Positions 47,686 to 57,981 of a stretch of DNA of 64,000 bases are shown piece by piece. Origin of the DNA: Promethearchaeota archaeon (lineage in GTDB: Archaea > Asgardarchaeota > Lokiarchaeia > Sigyniarchaeales > SOKP01); the NCBI GenBank assembly GCA_030603385.1, contig JAUVXW010000017.1, positions 8,448 through 72,447 on the forward strand, read 5' to 3'. The translations under genes were made by a program, and so were the position numbers. The notes beneath the pieces are model-generated. The model worked only from the letters and a program-made list of their open reading frames with translations, was not told where the DNA came from and searched no databases. Each line of letters begins with the position of its first letter. The first letter of the stretch is position 1.

Positions 47686-47801
47686 TTCTTATCAATACAG
47701 TGAATATATGGAATAATATCACTAAGATTGCTTAAAAACATTAAATTTAAAAAATGTTACCTAATTAACGCTCCAAAAAAAGAGTAATACAAAATAAATT
47801 T

Positions 47802-48125
47802 TTAGAACTTAATCGTTAACTTATGAAACTTTAACTTACTCAATTTGCGAACTCCATGAGCTCCAGATGTGTAATCACATGTAATTAAGTCAGCTTCTTC
47901 AAGTTTCTTAATTTGAGCTGATATGTTTGCCTCGGTCATATTTAAATTAGAAGCGATACTTGATACATCCATTGGTTCTTCTTGAATATAATGGAGTATC
48001 TTTCTCCTTGTTCGTGAGGACAAGGCTTTAACAATCTTTTCAATCTGATCATCTGATTCTATAAAGACAGATTCTGACTTATTTTGTAAATTTACTTGTA
48101 AAAAACCCGATTGCGAAATCTCCAT
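47802..48125 (-). CDS. ArsR-family winged-helix transcriptional regulator
   Basis: ALSSRTRRKILHYIQEEPMDVSSIASNLNMTEANISAQIKKLEEADLI is a canonical ArsR HTH. Confidence 0.75.
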   Translation of the reverse strand: MEISQSGFLQVNLQNKSESVFIESDDQIEKIVKALSSRTRRKILHYIQEEPMDVSSIASNLNMTEANISAQIKKLEEADLITCDYTSGAHGVRKLSKLKFHKLTIKF

Positions 48126-48946
48126 AACTTTTTATTCAACCCTTAATAAATTTTTTGCTTTCGATTACAAGAACATTATGTTTTTTTTAACTTTTAAGCA
48201 TTTCTGAGTTAGGTTTCAAAAATTTTGTTATTTTGTAAGAATTCATTTGTAATAGTTTGAATTAAATGATTATATAAGTTACATTTGATATAAGAAAAAG
48301 TTGAAAATTTAATTTTCATTAAATAAATGATATTTTTAATAGATCTTCATTTAATATAACTGAGGCTCTGAAAAAGATTAAATCTGAATTGATATTGCTC
48401 AAAATGACAAAAATCTAACTTTTAAGTTAAGTTTAATATTGATTGGTTCTAAAATTTGAACAAAAATGATTAAAATTAAATTATATTAAATATGACGAAA
48501 TACGACAAAAATTTTATGAAAATTTAACTATTTATTTAATAAAACGCAGGTTTTACCTTTAACATATGTATTTGGTTGTTTTTGTGAATTTTTGATTGTA
48601 ATGTAAAACTTCTACGGAAATCTGAGATAGTAAGTTGGTTTATCTAATAATTCACATCTCATTTGAGAATTTCTCTATTTAGATCAAATTTCTTAATAAA
48701 TTTTAAGAGAATAAGAAATGTGTTATATATTTAAATGAATCAAATTCCTGTTATCATAATTTTAATTATTATTCTTATAGTTTCTTTCGTATAAGTCTAA
48801 ATTATTATTCTAATTCTACATACTGTAAATAAAAGATTTCATAAAAAGGTAAAATCACAATCATTAAAATACTAAAGTTACTTAATATACATTAGATATC
48901 AATTAATTACAAATATTACAAACAAAAATCTATGAGATTGTTATAA

Positions 48947-49606
48947 ATGAGCCCGAATCCAACACAGAAATCCGCAATTTCTGCAAAATTGCGTTCAGAT
49001 GATCGAAGAAAATCAAAAGATTCAACAGTAGTTATAACTGTTAGAATTGATGAAGATTTGAATGACAATATCGAGGAAATTCGGCAGGAATTGGGCATTT
49101 CCAAAGCTGATTTCATACGAAATTACTTGGAAATGTCTAAATCTATTATTAAGCAAAAGGGTTCAATAAAATCATTAAATAAAAGAGATCTATTGATTGT
49201 TAAAAGAAGTTATTTAAGAAAACTAATAGAAAGTTCAGTCGAAGGTGAACAAATAAAATTAGGAGACAAATTGGGACGATTTATAAACGACACTGCAAGA
49301 ACTAATGGGAAAGTAGATGATATTGAGTATAAATTAGATTTATGCGATAGTTTAGGTTTTTTCCTTCGGGATGTTGATAAGGAAGGATATGTAAACATTT
49401 TAAAAAAATTTGGTCCAAAGAAATTTGTAGAGGCATTTATATGGCGGTTGTTTAAGCAAGATGAATTTAATTCGAAATATACTGAAGAAGAATTAAAGGG
49501 TAGTAAAAGTTTAACCCAACAATATGAAAAAGAGATTCAGTCTGTTAATAGATCCTCATCTCATTACTCGTTTGAATTTGCAAAAATACCTGAAAAAGAG
49601 AAATAG
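48947..49606 (+). CDS. Ribbon-helix-helix domain protein with an uncharacterised C-terminal domain
   Basis: VVITVRIDEDLNDNIEEIRQELGISKADFIRNYLEMS fits an RHH. It is preceded by a basic tail. Confidence 0.5.
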   Translation: MSPNPTQKSAISAKLRSDDRRKSKDSTVVITVRIDEDLNDNIEEIRQELGISKADFIRNYLEMSKSIIKQKGSIKSLNKRDLLIVKRSYLRKLIESSVEGEQIKLGDKLGRFINDTARTNGKVDDIEYKLDLCDSLGFFLRDVDKEGYVNILKKFGPKKFVEAFIWRLFKQDEFNSKYTEEELKGSKSLTQQYEKEIQSVNRSSSHYSFEFAKIPEKEK

Positions 49607-49615
49607 GATAAAAAT

Positions 49616-51337
49616 TTAACTTTTATCTATAATTTCTTTTAATCCTAAAACGGGAACAATTATTTTATTAGGACGAAAAAGGATTTCATAGCTTAATTCG
49701 TAGAGAGCCCTCTCAATATAAAAATATGTAATTAGTATGTAACTTAGGTTTAGGTTCTTTAAAATCTTGCTCATTAGCTTAGATTCCCATATATTTAGTA
49801 CATTTAAAACTATATCTAGGATTTTGTTTAAAGGTCTAGCTGCTCTTCTAAAGTAAAGATTGTAAAGTATTTCTTCAGGTACTTCATACTTATCTCTTCG
49901 TACAATCTTATTCTCGATAAACCTCAGTAAAGTGTTAAATTTTATATAACTTAAAGCTCTAAGGAATGATGCTAAATCTTTTTCGACAGGAAATTTACCT
50001 TTTTTTTCTTCTAAAAGAAGTTGTGGGTCACCTTCAAAATCAATAAAATAGAATATATACTTGTCATTGACTTTATTATATAATATTTGGTCCATATGCA
50101 AATCTTGATGTACATGTTGAATATCGATTTTTGGTGCTTCAAATTCAGCACGAAATCTTTCGATAATGTCTTTGATATCTATTAAAATTGAACTAATTTT
50201 AGGTAAATTGAAAAAAGCGCTTTCAGGTTGTTGAGTCATATGGGTAAGCAATTCGGAGATCATTGAATTCAATCTTTCGGTATACTTTTTAAGATAAGTA
50301 GTGCTCTCTACTGACTCTAAACTATAGTCTTCTTGGCTTGGTAAAATTAATGACTGATGTAAATTGGTAATATAATGCCCAATATCAGAAGATACTTTTA
50401 TGGTTTCCATACAGTGTTCTTTAATTAGAATTGAAGCATTTGATTTTTCAGTATATTTAGAATAATCGTTATTTACTTTTTTAAACACATTATTGATCAT
50501 ATTATTGAGTTCATTCCAATAGATATCACCTAAATTTCCTAAATTCGGAACGCTTTCAATTATTCCAATAATTTCTTTATTCTGTATTTTAATTGTTCCG
50601 TATATTTTTGGAGAGTTTGGAAATTTATTTTTAACCAAAACAAATAAAGTAAAAGGTTCTAAACTCACTGAATAATCTTTATATGACTTTAAAACATAAG
50701 AAACAGAAGGTTGGTCAGGATTCCTTTTATTAGAAATATTTAGCAAAAATAGAATGTTAGTTGTATTTCCCCCCCCCAGTTGATCTAAAGAAAGTTCATA
50801 TCTATCAGGATACAAACCAGCTTCTATTAGATTTTGTACTTTTTTCATATTTATGTCATCCTCAAACTGTTTAGTATAAAGAGTTAATTCCATGGTCATT
50901 GATGGAAAATTTTCAGAAATAGTTGTATCAAATAACATCTTCCTCCAAAAAAATAAGCAGAATTCTGCTTCCATTAAATTCAGAGTAATAATTTTTTGTT
51001 CATTTTCGATTGTTATCGCTAATTTCTTGCTAAAGGTATTTTCAGTAAGATTGACAATAATCTCTCTAGTTTTTTCTATAGGTTCTAAAATATCTTCTAT
51101 TTTCTCATAATAGATTAAAGGAAGAAAGTATGTTTTGGAATAATCAGAAGTTTTAACTTCGAGTATGGTTAATAGAATTCTCTCAGCAATTATTTCAAAA
51201 TAATTGATCCCGATACTGAACTCTAAATTTGAGAGTGTTGATTTGTCTCCAAACCACCTTTTTGAAAGGAGCCATCCTTTAAATTCATTTGAATTACAGA
51301 CATCTTGAATTAAATTTTTATCAAGGTACTTAATCAT
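49616..51337 (-). CDS. Maltokinase (Mak/Pep2)-like kinase of the aminoglycoside-phosphotransferase fold
   Basis: Catalytic loop HVHQDLHMDQILY (compare HGDLHLGQVL in maltokinases) and metal-binding FIDFEGDP (compare iDFEGEP), followed by DLASFLRALSY (compare DVAGMLRSF.Y). Confidence 0.55.
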   Translation of the reverse strand: MIKYLDKNLIQDVCNSNEFKGWLLSKRWFGDKSTLSNLEFSIGINYFEIIAERILLTILEVKTSDYSKTYFLPLIYYEKIEDILEPIEKTREIIVNLTENTFSKKLAITIENEQKIITLNLMEAEFCLFFWRKMLFDTTISENFPSMTMELTLYTKQFEDDINMKKVQNLIEAGLYPDRYELSLDQLGGGNTTNILFLLNISNKRNPDQPSVSYVLKSYKDYSVSLEPFTLFVLVKNKFPNSPKIYGTIKIQNKEIIGIIESVPNLGNLGDIYWNELNNMINNVFKKVNNDYSKYTEKSNASILIKEHCMETIKVSSDIGHYITNLHQSLILPSQEDYSLESVESTTYLKKYTERLNSMISELLTHMTQQPESAFFNLPKISSILIDIKDIIERFRAEFEAPKIDIQHVHQDLHMDQILYNKVNDKYIFYFIDFEGDPQLLLEEKKGKFPVEKDLASFLRALSYIKFNTLLRFIENKIVRRDKYEVPEEILYNLYFRRAARPLNKILDIVLNVLNIWESKLMSKILKNLNLSYILITYFYIERALYELSYEILFRPNKIIVPVLGLKEIIDKS

Positions 51338-51410
51338 AAGATTAGTTATCTTTTATAAGTAAAAATCTTTTACTTATATTTAACTACTATAAAAATGTGA
51401 GTTCATAAAT

Positions 51411-53594
51411 ATGAGTGAAAAAAGTATTCATTTACCCATTATCTTTCACTTTCACCAACCTGTTGACAATTCCCCTTGGGTTTTAGAGAATGCCTATAAA
51501 AAATCATATGACCCCCTAATTGATAATATTTTCAAATTCCCAGACGTTAAAATAACATTACATTTTTCAGGTTATTTGTTAGAATGGCTTTTAGATAATA
51601 AGCATGAATTCATAGAAAAATTAAAAACCATGATAAAAAGGGGACAAATCGAGATAATAGGTGGGGGGTATTATGAACCAATTTTTGCTATGATACCTTA
51701 TAGAGACAGAATTGCTCAGATTAAAAAATTATCTGATTTAATTAAAAGCGAGTTCGATCTAGATGTTAAAGCTGCCTGGTTACCGGAAAGAGTTTGGGAA
51801 CCCAATTATCCATCCTTTTTATATGATGCTGGATTAAAATATGTGATTGTTGATGATAATCATTTTAGATCGGCAGGAATAACAGAAGAAGAGACTCTAT
51901 ACTCGTATGTAACGGAAGATGAAGGGAAGACATTACGTGTCTTTGCAATTAATGAGGAGCTAAGATATTTAACACCTTGGAAACCAACCTATTACTCTAT
52001 TGATTATTTAAAAAAATTGGCTGATGAAAATGTTGATAGAATTGTTCTGTTAATGTCGGATGCTGAAAAGGTTGGCGTGTGGGGAACTACTCACCAAATA
52101 TGCTATGTAGAGGGACAGGGTCATGATGAGGGGGATAATGGAAAACCGTTTATTCCCGCGTTTTTAGAACAAATTAGAAGTAATTCTTGGATAAAATCCA
52201 TAACACTAACGGAATATATGGAAAAGTTCCCAGCAAGAGGTTTGATGTATCTTCCGACCGCAAGTTATGACCGTATGGAGGTGTGGAGCTTACAAACACA
52301 AATTCGCAAGAATTTCAAAAAGATTAAAAAAACTATGAAGGCCGATGAGACCAAAAAGGAGACATATCAATTTTTAAAGGGAGGATTTTGGAGATATTTC
52401 TTTGTGAAGTATCCTGAATCAAATAATATGCATAAAAAAATGCTTTATGTTAGAAATAAACTCATTTACACTGAAGAAAACTTACTAAAAATTCAAGATG
52501 ATAATATCATTTCCATCATTTTAAATAAAATAAATAACGCATGGGATGAAATCTATAAAGCCCAGAGTAATGACAGCTATTGGCATGGTCTATTTGGGGG
52601 TGTTTATTTACAATTCTTAAGGTTTTCTGTTTACACGCATTTAATAAACGCTGAAAAGTTAATTGATACAATAAATGCCCTTATTAATCCAAATTTAACA
52701 TCATATATTTACATAACACCCATTGATTTCAATAAAAACAGTAAAACTGAATATATTATTGAATCAGATATTTATAATCTATATATTGATCCTAATGATG
52801 GTGGCACTCTTTTTGAACTAGATTATAAGCCAAAATCATATAATTTATTGAATACTATGACAAGATGGCCTGAGGCTTATCATGAAAGTAAAAAATTAGA
52901 AATTTACGAAGTATTAGTTGATAGATTTAGAAGAAGTATGTTCCGTCTGAGATTTTTACAAGACGATGTGACAATCGAACAGTTTCAATCGGATAAATAC
53001 TATGAATTCGGAAATTTTGTAAATGGAGATTTTAAAGTCACTAGTAGCGAAAAAGAAGGAAAAATAGCAATATTAGAGATGGAAAAGGTTGGGAGTGTAA
53101 AAGACACCGATACTGATAACAGAATTCCAGTCAGAATTACAAAAGATATCTATGTAGAAGATAATGAAATTGAGATTATTGTGAGAATTAATTTCGAAGA
53201 AATTTCTGGTCAAGAAGAAATTCTTAAACGGATTATCAAATATTTAAACATTGCGATAGATATTCCCTTTTTCTTCAATGGAGACACAATAAATTACAAT
53301 AAATTCCAATGGGAAAGCAACCAATTAGAATTGAATGGTGATGAAGGGAGGGATCTTTTAGAGCCTTTTCAATATGAAGGAACACATTTTAAAGCGTATG
53401 ATGAATCTTACGATATAAGTGTAGAATTTGATATTTCTAGCGACTTAGATTCAGTTAAAATTTATAAATTCCCAATTATCGCCTATGTATATACAGATGA
53501 GGGTTATAGAAAGATATATCAAGGAATAAATGTAAGTCCTCTTTTTAAATTTGAAAAGAGTTTTGAATTTCACCTCAAACTAAAGACTTTTTAG
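51411..53594 (+). CDS. GH57-family alpha-glucan hydrolase/transferase (alpha-amylase / 4-alpha-glucanotransferase-like)
   Basis: IIFHFHQPVDN, HFSGYLLEWL, nucleophile block AAWLPERVWEP, and acid/base region LLMSDAEKVGVWG. Long beta-rich C-terminal region. Confidence 0.8.
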   Translation: MSEKSIHLPIIFHFHQPVDNSPWVLENAYKKSYDPLIDNIFKFPDVKITLHFSGYLLEWLLDNKHEFIEKLKTMIKRGQIEIIGGGYYEPIFAMIPYRDRIAQIKKLSDLIKSEFDLDVKAAWLPERVWEPNYPSFLYDAGLKYVIVDDNHFRSAGITEEETLYSYVTEDEGKTLRVFAINEELRYLTPWKPTYYSIDYLKKLADENVDRIVLLMSDAEKVGVWGTTHQICYVEGQGHDEGDNGKPFIPAFLEQIRSNSWIKSITLTEYMEKFPARGLMYLPTASYDRMEVWSLQTQIRKNFKKIKKTMKADETKKETYQFLKGGFWRYFFVKYPESNNMHKKMLYVRNKLIYTEENLLKIQDDNIISIILNKINNAWDEIYKAQSNDSYWHGLFGGVYLQFLRFSVYTHLINAEKLIDTINALINPNLTSYIYITPIDFNKNSKTEYIIESDIYNLYIDPNDGGTLFELDYKPKSYNLLNTMTRWPEAYHESKKLEIYEVLVDRFRRSMFRLRFLQDDVTIEQFQSDKYYEFGNFVNGDFKVTSSEKEGKIAILEMEKVGSVKDTDTDNRIPVRITKDIYVEDNEIEIIVRINFEEISGQEEILKRIIKYLNIAIDIPFFFNGDTINYNKFQWESNQLELNGDEGRDLLEPFQYEGTHFKAYDESYDISVEFDISSDLDSVKIYKFPIIAYVYTDEGYRKIYQGINVSPLFKFEKSFEFHLKLKTF

Positions 53595-54214
53595 TATTTA
53601 TACTTTCCTAAAAATTACAAATTTATTGATATTAGGAAGAATTTCGTCGGTTTAGCTATATTTTAAATGTATTAAGGTACTAATAACAAATAGGAGTATA
53701 TAAAAATTAGAGGTTTCATGGACTATGGGAACTAATCATGATGGAAAACGCAATGGCTGGAGATATAAAAGCAATTCTGTAAAAAATAATATTGAAAATA
53801 ATGAATATATCAAAAATGTCCGAAAGAAACTGATTGAAGAAAAACTTAAAAAAAAATTTGAGAAATAGCCTATTTCTTATATTTATTTCTGATAGTTTAG
53901 TAAATATAACTCTAAAATATTAGGAGATTATAAATAGTAATTAATTTCTTCCTAATTTCTGTTATTTAATAAATCGAACATTCTTATAGCTTAATTTTTT
54001 AGATCTTATTGAATGTAGCACAAACCTTTCCTAAATCAGGTTTATAAATTATGATAAAAGATGATAGGTCTGCATATGACTGCTTGAGCTGGAATTGCTG
54101 TGATGATCATTTAAAATCTTGTATTGAAAGATCAAAGTATGTAAGCCAAATTCGAACTTGTTTAAAGAAAAGAAAGTTAACTAACAAGCAAAAAAGATGT
54201 TTAAACAAGAAGTA

Positions 54215-54898
54215 TTAAGATTCAAATCCATATTTTCCTATTAATGGCACAAATCGAACCCCAGTAATCCTTTTTGTATTATAATCTTCCCCATGCTTTT
54301 TAATGATATACAAATCTTGACCAAAACCCTTAGATCCTGCAGGAATACAAAGAATGCCTCCGTCTTTTAGTTGTTTTCGTAACGGTGGTGGTATTTTTTT
54401 AGGTGAAGCTGCAGTTACTAAAATTTTATCATAAGGAGCTTCTTCGGGATATCCTAAGGAACCATCACCAAGTATTACTGTAACTCTGTTATCGTAACCT
54501 GTTTCTTTAAGATTAACCTTTGCTTTTTTAACTAAATCTTCATGGCGCTCAATTGTATACACATGACCAGGATTAGTTGAGTTTTTTGGAGCAACCAGCT
54601 CAGCACATAGTGCAGCATGATATCCTGAACCAGTTCCGACCTCTAAAACTTTATCTCCAACCTCCAATTTAAGATATTCACACATCATAGCATTCATGTG
54701 AGGGGCACTAATCGTCTGACCTGATCCAATCGATAAAGGTGAATCTATGTAAGCAGAAGATTCAGCATCTTTGGGAACAAAAACGTGTCTGGGGACTTTC
54801 AGCATTGCTCTAATTACTTCTGGTTTAGTCAATACAGGATAATCGCGATTTTTTAAGTTATTGACTAACTTCTTCCTTTTTTCTTCGAAATTCATCAA
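54215..54898 (-). CDS. pcm: Protein-L-isoaspartate O-methyltransferase
   Basis: [21 protein letters not shown], and SAM motif [14 protein letters not shown]. Confidence 0.9.
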   Translation of the reverse strand: MMNFEEKRKKLVNNLKNRDYPVLTKPEVIRAMLKVPRHVFVPKDAESSAYIDSPLSIGSGQTISAPHMNAMMCEYLKLEVGDKVLEVGTGSGYHAALCAELVAPKNSTNPGHVYTIERHEDLVKKAKVNLKETGYDNRVTVILGDGSLGYPEEAPYDKILVTAASPKKIPPPLRKQLKDGGILCIPAGSKGFGQDLYIIKKHGEDYNTKRITGVRFVPLIGKYGFES

Positions 54899-54901
54899 AG
54901 A

Positions 54902-56149
54902 TCACACTTTAGAATTCTTAGATAAAATATAAATTTTATCGTTTATTTTTACTTCATTATTCAAGCGTAAATTAATCCTAACTGGAGTACCATACCTTTT
55001 TCTTGTTATACTTTTAACTTTTTCACCTTTATAGATCATCTTCTTTATTGTCTCAATCATATATGTAGTGGGACCTATAATAATAATTTCATTCCCTAAC
55101 ATTAAAGGATCATCTAAGCTTTCTAGTAAAACATTAGCAGATTTACTGTTTTCATCGTAAGAAAGAATTTTTCCTAGATATGATTTCTTATAGGCAGAAA
55201 TGTTACCTCTCTTTTCTAATTCAATTTCTTTTACAGTTGGTCTATGAAAATAAAATCCCGTATGAAAACCACGATTAAATACCTTTGAAAGTCTTTCGAG
55301 CCAACTTCTTACTTTTTCCTCAGAATAGGTATTCTCATAAAAACAATCTAAGGCTTCTTTATAGCACTGAGCTACAGTCTTTATATAGACGGGATCCTTC
55401 ATTCTCCCCTCTATCTTGAAGGCATCAATATTCGCATCAATTAATTCAGGAATGTATTCTATCATACACAAATCTTTCGCATTTAAGAACAATTGACCGT
55501 CATAAATAAATTCATTACTCTCATCATCGAATACTCTCCATGCTCTTCTACAAGGTTGAACACAATTTCCACGATTTGCAGAGAATTCTTCTGAATCACA
55601 GATTGTAGCAGAAAAATAGCATCTTCCTGATATTGAAGTACACATTGAACCATGAATAAAACACTCAATTTTAGTTGTTTTTAGCAAATGTTTAATAAGC
55701 TTTATTTGCTGTAATGATAATTCTCTTGCCAAAATGATCCTTTCTGCGCCTAATTCTTCGTAAAATTTCGCAGCTTCGATATTAGAGACATTAGCTTGTG
55801 TTGATATATGAAATTTAACATTATTTCGTTTTGCTACTTTAATTGCTGCTAGATCATGAGCAATTATCGCATCAATTTTAGAATCTCTTGCTTCTAAAAT
55901 TAGTCTTTCCAAATCTCGTAATTCTGCATCATATATTAGAATATTTGTGGTTAAATATGCTTGTATTGGTGGATTTTGGCTATGACAAAACTCAGTAATT
56001 TTATTCATATCTTCTCTTTCAAAATTTTTAGCTTTTTGTCTCATATTATATTGCTTTACACCAAAATATATTGCATCTGCTAAACCTGTTACTACTTTCA
56101 GGGAATTCCAATCTTGAACGGGTACAAGTAATTCTGGTCGATTCTCCAT
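54902..56149 (-). CDS. Peptidase U32-family protein
   Basis: ELLVPVQDWNSLKVVTGLADAIYFG, the E..GA..iilaRELSL block, and the Cys-rich segment CFIHGSMCTSISGRCYFS typical of U32. Forms an operon with pcm (3-nt gap). Confidence 0.85.
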   Translation of the reverse strand: MENRPELLVPVQDWNSLKVVTGLADAIYFGVKQYNMRQKAKNFEREDMNKITEFCHSQNPPIQAYLTTNILIYDAELRDLERLILEARDSKIDAIIAHDLAAIKVAKRNNVKFHISTQANVSNIEAAKFYEELGAERIILARELSLQQIKLIKHLLKTTKIECFIHGSMCTSISGRCYFSATICDSEEFSANRGNCVQPCRRAWRVFDDESNEFIYDGQLFLNAKDLCMIEYIPELIDANIDAFKIEGRMKDPVYIKTVAQCYKEALDCFYENTYSEEKVRSWLERLSKVFNRGFHTGFYFHRPTVKEIELEKRGNISAYKKSYLGKILSYDENSKSANVLLESLDDPLMLGNEIIIIGPTTYMIETIKKMIYKGEKVKSITRKRYGTPVRINLRLNNEVKINDKIYILSKNSKV

Positions 56150-56338
56150 ATTAAAATTTAAAGTTATTCTAATTTATTTTATAATATACCTATAGAAAAA
56201 ATAGAATTTTAAAATTGTTAAAGTAAAAGGTAATTTAGTTTTTTCCAGTAATTTATAAAATAACATTTTTTAATTGAACAAATAATACATTAAATAATTG
56301 GGTAATTTTAAAAGAATAAATTAAGATTTTCAGGGTAA

Positions 56339-57247
56339 ATGATTAGATCAAAGGTCTCACCAAAGGAAATACTATTCAGACCACCTGTAGAAGCATACAG
56401 TTTACTAATAGCAGTAACTAGTGGGTGTTCTTGGAACAAATGTAAATTCTGTGGAATGTATAAGGGAAGAGACTTTGAAGTCTATCAAGAATATCAGATC
56501 CTTCCATTGGATTATGTTTTTGAACAAATAGACAGAGCTGCTGAATATGGTTATCATGGTTACCCTGTATATTTAGCTGGTGGAAATCCAACCTCTGCTT
56601 CTACGGACTACCTCGTTAAAATTATTAATTATGTAAGAAAAAAGCTACAAAATGTTAAGAGAGTAAGTTGCTATTCAAAAGCCCTGGACATATTAAGGAA
56701 ATCAGATGAAGAATTGAGAAAACTAAAAGATGCGGGTTTGGATATCGTTTACATGGGTTTAGAGAGTGGTAGTAATACTGTGCTACGACTCATGCATAAA
56801 GGAACTAATGCGAATTCATTCATAAAAGCTGGTAAAAAGCTCATGGAAGCGGAAATAAAACTTAGTTTGTATGTTTTATTAGGTTTAGGGGGGAAAAAAT
56901 ATTCAAAAGACCATGTACTAGAAACCGCAAGAGTTCTTACTGAGATCAATCCAACCATATTTCGATTCAGATCTTTGGGGGTTGGACCTAATATACCTTT
57001 ATGGTATGATTTAGAGAAGGGAGAATTTGAACTTATTGATCCTGTAGAATACCTTATAGAAGAAAGAGACATCATCGCAAATTTGGGAGAGAATGTAACC
57101 TCACAAGTCTTTAATGATCATGCTGCTAATTACTGCTACATTGAATCGAAAAACATCCAAAAAGATAGGGATTATTTTATAAAAACATTAAATTCTTATA
57201 TTGAAGATCCAAGATTTTTAACAATGAAGCGGAAAAAACCAAGATAA
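56339..57247 (+). CDS. Radical SAM-domain protein (unusual Cys spacing)
   Basis: VTSGCSWNKCKFCGMY (Cx4Cx2C as read) followed by a GGNP / YMGLESGS TIM-barrel pattern. Confidence 0.7.
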   Translation: MIRSKVSPKEILFRPPVEAYSLLIAVTSGCSWNKCKFCGMYKGRDFEVYQEYQILPLDYVFEQIDRAAEYGYHGYPVYLAGGNPTSASTDYLVKIINYVRKKLQNVKRVSCYSKALDILRKSDEELRKLKDAGLDIVYMGLESGSNTVLRLMHKGTNANSFIKAGKKLMEAEIKLSLYVLLGLGGKKYSKDHVLETARVLTEINPTIFRFRSLGVGPNIPLWYDLEKGEFELIDPVEYLIEERDIIANLGENVTSQVFNDHAANYCYIESKNIQKDRDYFIKTLNSYIEDPRFLTMKRKKPR

Positions 57248-57330
57248 ATATCACTTGAGGCATATTTCTTCGCTAATATAATCAATCCAATAGCTATTTT
57301 TCTTAAAAATTGAAGATTATACACCATTTA

Positions 57331-57879
57331 TCAATCTTTAATTTTAATGGCAAGAAAATAAAAGATAATTGGAGCTACAAGCCATATCAGTTGAGGTAGG
57401 AGAGTAATATTATGACGATTGAAGATAAACAGTCGAGGATTCCACCAATATAAATTGTATTCCCAAGCATTGCTAAATATACTGGATAATTCGACAATTA
57501 ATTCTGAAACCTGTCCATAGATAACCAAAATAATTAATTCACTAATCTTGAATTTTTCGAAATACGGGTTCTTGCATAATAAAAATACAAATCCAACCCC
57601 AAGTAAAAATAAACCTCCATCCCATAAACTATGAGTAATTACAATAATGATCGTAGAAAAAGGAGTAGGTAATGGTACTGGTGTAATAAATCTAGCAGGA
57701 GGAAAAGGACTAATTTCATTTGCTATTGATAAAGGAAGTTCCCAACATAGTCCTAGTAAGAAGCCAACCCAAAAGAGAAACCAGATGAATTGATTGATTT
57801 TCTTGATTTTATATAAGATAATCACAATTAGGCAAATCAGTATCCCAACAACCCAAACCAACCAATAGAAAAATACCAA
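57331..57879 (-). CDS. Polytopic membrane protein, function unknown
   Basis: 182 aa with 5-6 hydrophobic helices. No motif recognised. Confidence 0.45.
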   Translation of the reverse strand: MVFFYWLVWVVGILICLIVIILYKIKKINQFIWFLFWVGFLLGLCWELPLSIANEISPFPPARFITPVPLPTPFSTIIIVITHSLWDGGLFLLGVGFVFLLCKNPYFEKFKISELIILVIYGQVSELIVELSSIFSNAWEYNLYWWNPRLFIFNRHNITLLPQLIWLVAPIIFYFLAIKIKD

Positions 57880-57981
57880 GTTAGTTATCCTCTTATAGAT
57901 TATTTATTAACATAAAAAATAAAAGCGATATAATAATTATTGAAGAATAATTTGCATATTAAATTCTTTTAGGTTAAAATT

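Noticed and set aside
54102-54108. C/D-box sRNA (a GTGATGA C-box-like heptamer in the 53595-54214 spacer)
   Set aside because: No matching D box (CTGA) at a suitable distance, and no terminal stem could be found.
56339-57247. Anaerobic sulfatase-maturating enzyme (anSME) for the nearby sulfatase
   Set aside because: It lacks the C-terminal Cys-rich SPASM/twitch domain and is about 80-100 aa shorter than anSMEs.
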